DNA from: Phycisphaerales bacterium
GTDB taxonomy: Bacteria > Planctomycetota > Phycisphaerae > UBA1845
Assembly: GCA_020852275.1 (NCBI GenBank)
Contig: JADZBE010000026.1
Coordinates: 192,338 to 256,337, forward strand
Direction: 5' to 3'
DNA: 64,000 bases
Of this stretch, positions 54,693-64,000 are shown in pieces. Made by a program: the position numbers and the translations under genes. Below the pieces are notes generated by a model. That model was not told where the DNA came from. It did no database searches and was given only the letters and a program-made list of their open reading frames with translations. The first letter of the stretch is position 1. Each line of letters begins with the position of its first letter.

Positions 54693-55814
54693 ATGTCCGT
54701 CTCTTTCTCCACATTCGACCGTCTGAAATCCAAGGGCGTCGCCGCCTTTCAGCAGGGGGATTTCGTCACCGCGCGGGGGTACCTCGTGGACGCGGCCGAG
54801 TGCATGATCGAACTGGCCGAGCAGGCGAAGACCGAGGACGCGCGCCGTCAGCATGAGGAGATCGCCGCGGAGCTGGTCCAGCTTGCCAAGGATTGCGACA
54901 CCCGCCGCGGCAGCCCGCAGGCCGCCCCGCGCATCCGTCAAGGCGAAAAGGACGACGAGGCCGGCGCCGACGCCTCCGACTGGATCGTGCGCGAAAAGCC
55001 GGACGTGGGCTTCGACGACATCGCCGGGCTGGAGGACGTCAAGACCGAAATTCGGCTCAAGATGATCTACCCGTTCGCGCATCCGGCGCTGGCCAAGCAG
55101 TACGGCATCAGCGTCGGCGGCGGCGTGCTGCTCTACGGTCCGCCCGGAACGGGCAAGACGATGATCGCCCGCGCCATCGCCCACGAGATCGACGCCACGT
55201 TCTACCTCATCAGCCCGGCGCAGATCATGAGCAAGTGGGTCGGCGAGGCCGAGCAGAATATCCGCAAGCTGTTCGATTCCGCCAAGGCGGACCGCACGTC
55301 GGTGATCTTCATGGACGAGGTCGAGGCGCTGGTGCCGCGGCGCAAGAGCGACTCCTCGACGGTCATGCAGCGCGTAGTCCCGCAGATTCTGCAGGAACTG
55401 GAGGGCTTCGACCGCAACGGTCAACGCGCCCTATTATTTGTCGGGGCGACGAACAAGCCGTGGCTCATCGACGAGGCCATGCTCCGCCCGGGGCGTCTGG
55501 ACGCGAAAGTGTACGTCGGGCTGCCGGATGCTCCGGCGCGGTTCAAGATGTTGGAGATCTATCTGGGCAAGAAGCCGCTGGCGGGCGACGTGGACTTCGG
55601 CGAATTGTGCGACCGCTTGGAGGGTTACAGTGGTGCTGACATCCGAAATATCGTGCAGCAGGCAGCACAAATCCCTTTCATGGAAGCCATCGGCGGTGGG
55701 GAAGCCAGACCGATCACCCGCGCGGACATGCTGAGAGTGCTGGAGGACACGAAACCGTCGGTGCAGCCCTCAGACCTGACGCGGTTTGAGAAGTTCGCGC
55801 AGACGGGATCGTAG
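54693..55814 (+). CDS. AAA ATPase with N-terminal MIT-like helical module (Vps4/spastin-like architecture)
   Basis: N-terminus FDRLKSKGVAAFQQGDFVTARGYLVDAAECMIELAEQAKTEDARRQHEEIAAELVQLAKDC. Walker A GPPGTGKT, Walker B VIFMDEVE, SRH GATNKPWLIDEAMLRPGRLD. Single AAA cassette. Confidence 0.8.
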   Translation: MSVSFSTFDRLKSKGVAAFQQGDFVTARGYLVDAAECMIELAEQAKTEDARRQHEEIAAELVQLAKDCDTRRGSPQAAPRIRQGEKDDEAGADASDWIVREKPDVGFDDIAGLEDVKTEIRLKMIYPFAHPALAKQYGISVGGGVLLYGPPGTGKTMIARAIAHEIDATFYLISPAQIMSKWVGEAEQNIRKLFDSAKADRTSVIFMDEVEALVPRRKSDSSTVMQRVVPQILQELEGFDRNGQRALLFVGATNKPWLIDEAMLRPGRLDAKVYVGLPDAPARFKMLEIYLGKKPLAGDVDFGELCDRLEGYSGADIRNIVQQAAQIPFMEAIGGGEARPITRADMLRVLEDTKPSVQPSDLTRFEKFAQTGS

Positions 55815-55848
55815 TCGCCCGTCGGGAAGTCGATGCCGGGTTAAGATT

Positions 55849-56013
55849 GGGGCACCGGCTTTCCAGCCGGTGAGTTCTGGGACAGGTTTCCAACCGGGGG
55901 CCTGCAGCGCAGGTTTCCAACCTGTGGTCTGAAGCACAGGGTTTCAAACTGGTACGGTGTGGCACCGGTTTCCAACCGGTGGCCTGTAGCACAGGTTTCC
56001 AACCTGTGCATGA
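55849..56013 (+). repeat. tandem array of six ~27-nt hairpin units (family R3)
   Basis: Hairpin cores in order: caccggc-tttcca-gccggtg, an imperfect acaggtttccaaccggg, acaggtt-tcc-aacctgt, a degenerate cagggtttcaaactgg, caccggtttccaaccggtg, and acaggtt-tcc-aacctgt. The units are contiguous with no spacers. Confidence 0.85.
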
Positions 56014-57879
56014 ATGGAGAACATGCGAGCGCGCTCCGGCAAGCCTGTGGCCTTCTCGACCCATCTCGGTCCGGCGGGCGGACCGATAAAGGATCCCATT
56101 GCGCTGCTGTCCGGTGCCGGCGAGACGCTCGCGCTTCGCGTCGCCGCCTCGGCACTTTTCACCACGTTTCGCCGCACCTTCCAACTGCCGCCGGACGTCA
56201 TGGCCTTGGTGACGCGAGTCGGCGACGATCACGAGACCGTGCGTCCCGGTGGTCAAGTGGATGGCCGCGACGCGGTCGAAGTCCTTTTCGTGCGCGCCGC
56301 TCCACTGCCGCTGACGCTTCGCGCCGGGCGCTTCGTCAGCGCCGATGCATACCCCGCCGAGGTCGAGATCAGCTTGAGCGCTCGGGCGATCCCGGATCGC
56401 GGCGACCTGCTGTCGCTGAAGCGGCGGCTGGGAGAGGCGGCGCAGTCCATCTCGTGTGCGCAGCTCGCGGAGGCGTTTCTGCCCGGGGTGCGCGCCGCCA
56501 TCGAACCGGTGTTCACCAAGGCTAGCATGACCCAGGTCATGACGACGGACGTCTGCATCGAGATGGAGAAAGCGATCGGCGCCGCCTTGGAATCCGTGGC
56601 GTTCTCCTGTGGTCTGTCGATCGACGCCGGCATCCGCGTGCGCGCCGCCTCGGAAACCTACGAGCGCGTTCGCCGCGCCGCCGAAGACGCCGAGCAGAGT
56701 CGCCGCCAGGTGGAAGCGGCCGCGCCGTTGCGCGCCGCGCAGCAGGACGCCCGCAGGCAGCAGGTTCAACATTTTAGCGAACTCCTGGCAGAGATGAGGG
56801 CCGCGACGGGCGCGGAGAACGCGCCGCCGCTGCGCGACTTTCTCCGCACGTTTGCCGAGCACGAGCGCGCCCAGCTCTACGAATCCCTCTTCGCCGAAAA
56901 AGCGCGGACCGCCGCGACCCGTGCCATCCTCGTGGCCGCGGGCCCTGAGCTGCTCGTCTTTGATCCGCCGGCCGCGCCGCTCCCCTCGCAGCGGTTTTCC
57001 CTTGCAGGCGGGGCCGGCGCTCCGCGGTCCGTGCACATCCCGCCGTCAGGTGGCAACGAGCTGCGGGCGTGGATCGGCGCGTCGAGCGGCGTGTACGAAG
57101 TCCGGTTGACGGACGGCGTGATTGAGGCGAGCTACGGGTTGAAGTCCAGTCCGTCGGTGCGCGGCGGCTTCAACAGCGTCGCCGTCTCCGACACGGCGAT
57201 CTACGCCTCTCACTCGGAGTTGGGCATCCGCCGGTGGAGACGCGACGAGCCGGACGCCGCCGATGCCGTCATGCTTGCCGCGGTGACGCAAGGAGCGCAG
57301 GCCATCCGGGCGATTCAGCTTGTGGTCGGATCTCTGTACTGCGCCGTTGATGACCGCGTGATCCGCTGGTCGAGCGAGGCCGCATCCGTTTCGCGTGACT
57401 CGGTTTCGCCAGTGCGTGAGTATCTCGGCGCCGGCGCGCAGATCACGGCGCTGCTTGCGGAGCGCGACGAAGTGCTTGCGGGCACGGCCGACGGGCGCGT
57501 GCTCCACTGGCGCGTTGATTCGCCGCACGAACCGCGGTTGCTGCACACGGGTCGTGGGCGTCCCGTTGAGTCGCTCGCGGTCATCGAGCATGAAGGGGTG
57601 CGACGCCTGTTCATCGCGGACACATCCGTTTGCGTTCACGCGCGGCTGCTCGACGACGCGACGCGCTGGAGCTACGAGGCCGGGGGGCAGACGCTGCGCC
57701 GGGCGGCCGTTGCGGCGGACCTCATCGTGGCCGTGACCGACCTCCGCGACCGGCTCGTTCTCTTCGACCCCGGCGTGCCCGACCGTCCGCAGGCGGTGCA
57801 TCACATCGCCCAACTCACGGGCCACAGCGTTCAGGACGTCGCACTCGTCGCGCAGCAGGGGCGGCCAAGCATGAGGTAG
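56014..57879 (+). CDS. hypothetical protein: SPFH/Band-7-like N-domain (tentative) + coiled coil + beta-propeller-like repeats
   Basis: 621-aa ORF with good coding bias. ...VEISLSARAIPDRGDLLSLKRRLGEAAQSISCAQLAEAFLPGVRAAIEPVF...MEKAIGAALESVAFSCGLSIDAGIRVRAAS, then ETYERVRRAAEDAEQSRRQVEAAAPLRAAQQDARRQQVQ. C-terminal repeats carry VIRWSSE, RVLHWRVD and RLVLFDPG. ATG 56014 or 56023. Confidence 0.65.
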   Translation: MENMRARSGKPVAFSTHLGPAGGPIKDPIALLSGAGETLALRVAASALFTTFRRTFQLPPDVMALVTRVGDDHETVRPGGQVDGRDAVEVLFVRAAPLPLTLRAGRFVSADAYPAEVEISLSARAIPDRGDLLSLKRRLGEAAQSISCAQLAEAFLPGVRAAIEPVFTKASMTQVMTTDVCIEMEKAIGAALESVAFSCGLSIDAGIRVRAASETYERVRRAAEDAEQSRRQVEAAAPLRAAQQDARRQQVQHFSELLAEMRAATGAENAPPLRDFLRTFAEHERAQLYESLFAEKARTAATRAILVAAGPELLVFDPPAAPLPSQRFSLAGGAGAPRSVHIPPSGGNELRAWIGASSGVYEVRLTDGVIEASYGLKSSPSVRGGFNSVAVSDTAIYASHSELGIRRWRRDEPDAADAVMLAAVTQGAQAIRAIQLVVGSLYCAVDDRVIRWSSEAASVSRDSVSPVREYLGAGAQITALLAERDEVLAGTADGRVLHWRVDSPHEPRLLHTGRGRPVESLAVIEHEGVRRLFIADTSVCVHARLLDDATRWSYEAGGQTLRRAAVAADLIVAVTDLRDRLVLFDPGVPDRPQAVHHIAQLTGHSVQDVALVAQQGRPSMR

Positions 57880-58147
57880 CATGGCTTCACGCTTTCGGCG
57901 TGACAGGGTTTCAAGCGCGCGGCGTGGCATGGCTTCACGCGCATCCTGTAGCCATGCGAGGCGCCACCGAGGCAATCACCTGCTCACGCCGAGTACGGCG
58001 AGAGCACGCCACCCCGGATGGAGTGCATCCTGCTGAAACGCCGCATTCTCGGCGGCGTTTCCCGCCGACGCCGTCGCTGCTACAATGCCCGGCTCGACGC
58101 AAGGGACTTGCGCCGGAGTCGAAAAGGGAATCACGCGCGAACCATCT

Positions 58148-59950
<1,803 letters not shown>

Positions 59951-60062
59951 GGCTTCGGGTAGTGTAGCGCATCGGGATTATCGCATCGTTTGTCTTTCAG
60001 AGCCGCGCCCGTCAGAGCCGCGCCCGTAAGGAAGCGAATTCTGACGCAGGGAAGCGGCAACA

Positions 60063-60089
60063 CCCCCTCACGGTCGCGGCTCGGATAAG
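60063..60089. repeat. dispersed repeat family R5, single copy
   Basis: ccccctcacggtcgcggctcggataag. Confidence 0.7.
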
Positions 60090-60360
60090 ATGCAATTTCA
60101 ACCTGGCATCAACTGCGCGACTCCTGACGCCAACCGTCCACGCGAACACGCTCCCGCAGCGCGCCACCGTGCCAGCGCGTTCAGTGAAGCACCCGGCGCC
60201 AGACGACAATCGCCAGGCGCCAAGCGACAGGGTCGATCGCCGATCACGCCGTGTCAAGATGAGGATCGCCCGCACGCGATGGGTAGCCGGCCTGTCATGG
60301 GCAGCCCGTCGCCCCGCGCCGGCTCCGCTCCCCCGCGTGAGCCTGACAGCCTTGGCGTAC

Positions 60361-60467
60361 CTCTTCTGCGCTCTCTGCGTGTCTCGGCGGATAACTCTTC
60401 CTCCTGCGGCCCCGCCGAACTTTTTTGGGGAGTGTGATCCGCAGAGACGCGCAGAGGGCGCAGAGAC
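60361..60467. repeat. inverted pair of CTCTGCG-type heptamer runs (about 30-bp arms, about 44-bp spacer)
   Basis: The left arm is ctcttctgcgctctctgcgtgtctcggcggat. The right arm is atccgcagagacgcgcagagggcgcagagac. The reverse complement of the right arm aligns with the left arm with a few mismatches. Confidence 0.75.
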
Positions 60468-60658
60468 ATCAAAAGGAGCGTCGCAGGCGATCGGTGGGTG
60501 CGGCGCGCCGGCGGGTCAATGGCCCGGGGTCATCCGGACGGGGACGAGACAGAAGGCGGGTGGTTGGTTCCGTCCCGGCTGATTGCGATGACGTGGTCGA
60601 TTTGCCGGCGGCAGGTGTCGCCCGGTTCGCAGAGGGAGTTCTCGCCCGCTCCTCTCTT

Positions 60659-61419
60659 CGCCCCAGCGGGGCGCAGGCATGTAGCCACGGGTGGAGCGCA
60701 GCCCGCGTCTTCGCGGGCGAAGCGGAACCCGTGGAACGCGGGGCGTTGTCAGGAGCCCGCCCAGAGGGGCGGAGGAGGCGCCGGAAAGTCCAAGAGATCA
60801 ATCGAACACATACTTCTCGTCGAACTCGATCTCATGCAGGCGCAGCATCCGCAATAACTCCGCCTTGAAGTCCTCTTTCTTGTGGTGCTCGGCCTGCCCA
60901 GCGATGTACTTCTTGACGGCTTCTTCCTGCGACTTGCTGACAGAAAAGGCGGAGTATCCCTCCTGCCACGCGAATGCCGCGAGCGTCGGGAATGTATCAT
61001 GCAGCCACTTCGAGGACCGCGCCTTGACCGTGCGCATCAGGTCCGACACGGTCGCATCGGGCCGCCACCGCACGTACATGTGAACGTGGTCCTCGACGCC
61101 GCCGATGCCGTACAGCACGCCCTTCTCAGCCCGCACGATGCCGCCCATGTACGGATACAGACGTTCGGCGACGTCAGGCGTGATCCAGGCTTCGCGGTGC
61201 TTGGTGGAGTAGACGATGTGCAGGAGAATCTGCGAGTACGTGCCGGGCATCCGGGTCCTTTCCTTCTACGCGAAAACTCCTCCGCCCCTCCGGGGCGGCA
61301 AGAGGATAAGGGAACCCTGCTTCCACGGGTTCCGCTCCGTCCGCCGCGGCCGGGCTTTGCCCGGCGGCGCGTCGGACTCCGCTCCACCCGTGGCTACAAC
61401 CCGACGCCCCATCGGGGCG
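60659..61419 (-). mobile_element. IS200/RAYT-like unit: Y1 transposase gene bracketed by ~120-140-bp imperfect inverted repeats
   Basis: Left arm 60659-60778 and right arm 61277-61419. Shared blocks in inverted orientation: cgccccRNYggggcg, gtagccacgggtggagcg, agcggaacccgtggaa, ccSSaggggcggaggagg. Confidence 0.7.
60798..61250 (-). CDS. IS200/IS605-family Y1 (HUH) transposase, REP-associated tyrosine transposase (RAYT)-like
   Basis: MPGTYSQILLHIVYSTKHREAWI..., HUH motif DHVHMYV, SKWLHD..., FAWQEGYSAFSVSKSQEEAVKKYIAGQAEHHKKEDF. 150 aa. High G/C3, like host genes. Confidence 0.8.
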   Translation of the reverse strand: MPGTYSQILLHIVYSTKHREAWITPDVAERLYPYMGGIVRAEKGVLYGIGGVEDHVHMYVRWRPDATVSDLMRTVKARSSKWLHDTFPTLAAFAWQEGYSAFSVSKSQEEAVKKYIAGQAEHHKKEDFKAELLRMLRLHEIEFDEKYVFD

Positions 61420-61701
61420 TTCAGAGCGGGGACGGGAGCGATATCGTACATGCGACGGCCCAGCCGTGAACGAAGGGAGGTGTGCCACTGCTCTGCGAGC
61501 GGTGCCGGACGCGAGGAGCGCCCCGGCCGCTCGAAGCTTTCGAAGACGCGGACACGGAGGAATCGCTTCGACCGGGAATCGTTCGAGGTTCGCTGAAAGA
61601 TCGTCGTTCGGCGTTCTCCATTGCTCCCAGAGCAGCGGCACACGTTCACGTCACTGCGATTCCAGCAGGGCCACCCGCCCCGATCCTCCGAGTCTCGCTA
61701 T

Positions 61702-62004
61702 TCACTCAAACGTTAGGTCCTCCGCGATTCTGTGCAGTTTCGCCCGGTGCAGCTGCTCCTGCTGGGTCTTAGCGGCCTGGGCAGCACGACGTTTATTAAC
61801 CCGTTGCGCGATCTCGTCGTTTACGGTGTCGACGACAAGTTTCAAAGTCGCTCGGTGGGTATCGAGAACCTCTTCAATCGTCGTACCGTCGAGAATAATG
61901 CGATCTCCCCGCACTCGCGCGATCCCGGGTCGGTGACTCGTCGTCCATTGGGGCGGACGATCCCACGTTTGAATGAAAAACTCGCCCCACTCATCACTCG
62001 CCAC
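61702..62004 (-). CDS. hypothetical protein (100 aa), low G/C third-position bias
   Basis: GTG-started ORF with ordinary composition (MASDEWGEFFIQTWDRPPQW...RIILDGTTIEEVLDTH...). Codon third positions are visibly less G/C-rich than in neighbouring core genes. Confidence 0.45.
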   Translation of the reverse strand: MASDEWGEFFIQTWDRPPQWTTSHRPGIARVRGDRIILDGTTIEEVLDTHRATLKLVVDTVNDEIAQRVNKRRAAQAAKTQQEQLHRAKLHRIAEDLTFE

Positions 62005-62481
62005 CCCGCCGCTGCCGCGCGATCGCGCAACCGCGCCGACGCCACGATCATCGCGGCGTCACCGTGCAGCGCCGGGTCCCCAAGCCGCGACTGATCCCCG
62101 GGCCGCGCGTATTCCTTTTATCGTGCGCAAGGCTTCGATTCGTTCACAGTTTCTTGCAGCGATGGCGCGGGCAGAGTGATCCGCAGATTGCGCAGATGCC
62201 GCAGATTGAATTGCGAGGGCGGCGCCGAGTTCAGATTACGCGGATGGAGAGGAATTGAGTTTGCGCGGATGGCGCGGATCTGATGGTTGATCCATGTGGA
62301 CGGGGCCGCGCGGGTTGCATGCGGCGCGCGGCGGAGAGGCGGGAGGCGCAAGGCGAAGGGACGGGCGTCATGCGCGTGTCCCAACTCAATCCGCGAGAGG
62401 TTTCACGAAGCAGCCCTCGTTCTCAATGGAAATGGCGGCACGTCCTGAGGTGTTTCGACCCGGCGGATGATCCCGGTTCCC

Positions 62482-62823
62482 TCATGAACGAAGTTCCGCC
62501 CTGGAGGCCCGCTTCCGAAGGATACCGTGGGCAACCAGCAGCCCCAAGCCACTGTAGAAGACTCCGTTGGCGGGAAAGTAGTAGGAGGGCTCCACACAAT
62601 GAAACCCGCCGCCGCTGATCGTTCCGCCAATCACCAGCCCCGGAAGCAACCAGACCAAGGCGATGACATTCGGAATCCAACTGCAACTCAAACCCAGCAC
62701 GTCAGTCAATACCCACGGCGCGATGCCGAAGAGGCTTCCAAGAACGCAACCCGCCCCGCGCTGCAGCCATCGAGATCGATTTCCGGTTGGAGGCGACGCC
62801 TGTTTCTCGTCTTGTCGTGACAT
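62482..62823 (-). CDS. small membrane protein (113 aa)
   Basis: ATG at 62821-62823 inside track ORF 62482-63348. MSRQDEKQASPP... followed by three hydrophobic segments (GCVLGSLFGIAPWVL, IALVWLLPGLVIGGTI, VFYSGLGLLVAHGIL). The upstream part of the track ORF is antisense noise over proS. Confidence 0.45.
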   Translation of the reverse strand: MSRQDEKQASPPTGNRSRWLQRGAGCVLGSLFGIAPWVLTDVLGLSCSWIPNVIALVWLLPGLVIGGTISGGGFHCVEPSYYFPANGVFYSGLGLLVAHGILRKRASRAELRS

Positions 62824-62849
62824 GATGATGTGCGATCTTCCACTACGCA

Positions 62850-64000
62850 TCAGCGCCCCTGAAGCAGCCGCAGCAGTTCGACACCTGCGCCAGCGACTCC
62901 CAGACGTTGCGTCTGCCCATCCTTGCGGGTCGTCACCTCGACGACGCCCTCCGCCAGGCCCTTCTTGCCGACGGTGATGCGCACGGGGATCCCGATGAGG
63001 TCCGCGTCTTTGAACTTCACGCCCGGGCGCTGGTCGCGGTCGTCCCAGAGCACGTCCACGCCGCGCGACTCCAGCTCGTCGTGGAGCTTCTCCGAAGTGC
63101 TCATCACGTCCGCCTCGCGCGTGTCCAGCGAGCAGATGATAACGCGAAACGGCGCGATGCTCGCGGGCCAGATGATCCCGTTGGCGTCGTGCGAAGCCTC
63201 GATCGCCGCCGCGAGGATGCGATTCACGCCGATGCCGTAGCAGCCCATGATCATCGGGTGCGACGCGCCTTTCTCGTCGAGGAACGTCGCGCCCAGCGCA
63301 TCGCTGTACTTCGTCCCCAGCTTGAACACGTGACCCACCTCGATGCACTTGCGGAACGTCAGCGGCGCGCCGTTCTTCGCCCGGTCGCCGGGCACGGCCT
63401 CGCGGATATCAGCGGATTCCTTGATCTCGAAGTCGCGTCCGGGATTGACGCCGGTGAGGTGATGATCCGTGCGGTTCGCGCCGGTGATGGCATCGTGCAT
63501 CACGGTGACGGCCTGGTCGGCGATGATGCGCACGTTGCTCAGCCCGACGGGACCGGCGTAGCCGACGTCCGCCTCGGTGAGGTTCTTGATGAGCGCCGGG
63601 TCAGCGGGCTCGAGGTTGAGCACGCCGGCCACGCGCTTGAGCTTCGGCTCGTTGACGTTGTGGTCGCCGCGCACCAGCGCGATGAGCGGCTGGCCGTCCG
63701 CGACGTAGATGATCGTCTTGATCATTCTCGCGGGCGTGCAGCGCAGAAACGCGGAGACCTGCTCGATGGTCGTGTGCCCGGGCGTCGGCACGACGGTCAG
63801 CGGAGCGTTGCGACCATCCTTCCCATCCTCAACCGGCGCGACCTCCGCGCGTTCGAGGTTGGCGGCATATGAGCCGTCCTCAGACTTGACGAGAAAATCC
63901 TCGCCCGCGTCCGTCTCCACCATGAACTCATGCGACGCGTCGCCGCCGATGGGTCCGGAGTCGGCTTCGACGGCGATGTACGGCAGCCCGCAGCGCGCGA
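62850..64000 (-). CDS. proS: prolyl-tRNA synthetase (C-terminal part; 5' end beyond the right edge)
   Basis: IEVGHVFKLGTKYSDALGATFLDEKG, MGCYGIGVNRILAAAIE, and the anticodon-binding domain ...FKDADLIGIPVRITVGKK. My translation upstream of track Met 63923 continues in frame to nt 64000 (ARCGLPYIAVEADSGPIGGDASHEFM). Confidence 0.9.
   Translation of the reverse strand, partial: ARCGLPYIAVEADSGPIGGDASHEFMVETDAGEDFLVKSEDGSYAANLERAEVAPVEDGKDGRNAPLTVVPTPGHTTIEQVSAFLRCTPARMIKTIIYVADGQPLIALVRGDHNVNEPKLKRVAGVLNLEPADPALIKNLTEADVGYAGPVGLSNVRIIADQAVTVMHDAITGANRTDHHLTGVNPGRDFEIKESADIREAVPGDRAKNGAPLTFRKCIEVGHVFKLGTKYSDALGATFLDEKGASHPMIMGCYGIGVNRILAAAIEASHDANGIIWPASIAPFRVIICSLDTREADVMSTSEKLHDELESRGVDVLWDDRDQRPGVKFKDADLIGIPVRITVGKKGLAEGVVEVTTRKDGQTQRLGVAGAGVELLRLLQGR

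Noticed and set aside
54131-54733. 200-aa minus-strand ORF, and 53865-54134 (-), in the kinase-ATPase spacer.
   Set aside because: The composition is noise-like (R/S/T-rich), they overlap better-supported plus-strand features, and no motifs are present. The 89-aa ORF at 53865-54134 has a hydrophobic start but overlaps the kinase start, so I could not support it.
54285-55814. A single long ORF for the ATPase with two read-through stops (TAG 54510 and TGA 54690), since all parts share one frame.
   Set aside because: The 63 nt between TAG 54510 and ATG 54576 have weak third-position G/C bias. The ATPase has a complete MIT-like N-terminus starting at its own ATG. A shared frame is a 1-in-9 coincidence.
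55849-56013. Possible CRISPR-like array of ~27-nt palindromic repeats.
   Set aside because: The units are directly contiguous, with no unique spacers between them, and they differ from one another. They behave like tandem REP hairpins.

Overview
This is a GC-rich bacterial chromosomal segment; GC was judged by eye, not computed. The gene content points to Planctomycetota, probably a Phycisphaerae-like lineage, but that is inference. The content includes H-X9-DG/DUF1559 prepilin-like paralogues, an ECF sigma factor fused in an operon to a Ser/Thr kinase with TPR repeats, a PEP-CTERM-like tail, a GldA/F/G-DUF4340 operon, and dense REP-like hairpin repeats.

I can support about 50 protein-coding genes. 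Housekeeping genes are pilT, rimO, pgsA, uppP, tpx, queG, wecB, folE, lepA and a partial proS. There is a small flagellar pair (flgM plus a flagellin-family gene). Many envelope or secreted proteins of unknown role are present. By eye I found no rRNA, tRNA or CRISPR array.

The items most worth a second look are:
1. A Vps4-like MIT+AAA ATPase paired with an SPFH-like / coiled-coil / beta-propeller protein. A six-unit hairpin array lies between them (54.3-57.9 kb).
2. A composite repeat, an 8-bp microsatellite plus a ~120-bp REP-like element. It brackets one of two tandem PPC+metzincin lipoprotein paralogues in inverted orientation (23.8-26.5 kb).
3. An IS200/RAYT-type Y1 transposase flanked by ~120-140-bp imperfect inverted repeats. 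It sits in a repeat-dense, partly low-GC3 island (60-62.5 kb). At least five other hairpin-repeat families are scattered through the intergenic regions.
4. Two tandem CgeB-like glycosyltransferases, translationally coupled to a bPH membrane protein, next to flgM and the flagellin gene.
5. An ECF sigma / anti-sigma / Secretin_N-domain protein operon that resembles a FecIR-type surface-signalling module.

All family assignments come from reading motifs in the translations. No database search was run. Start codons and repeat borders are approximate to within a few nt or codons.
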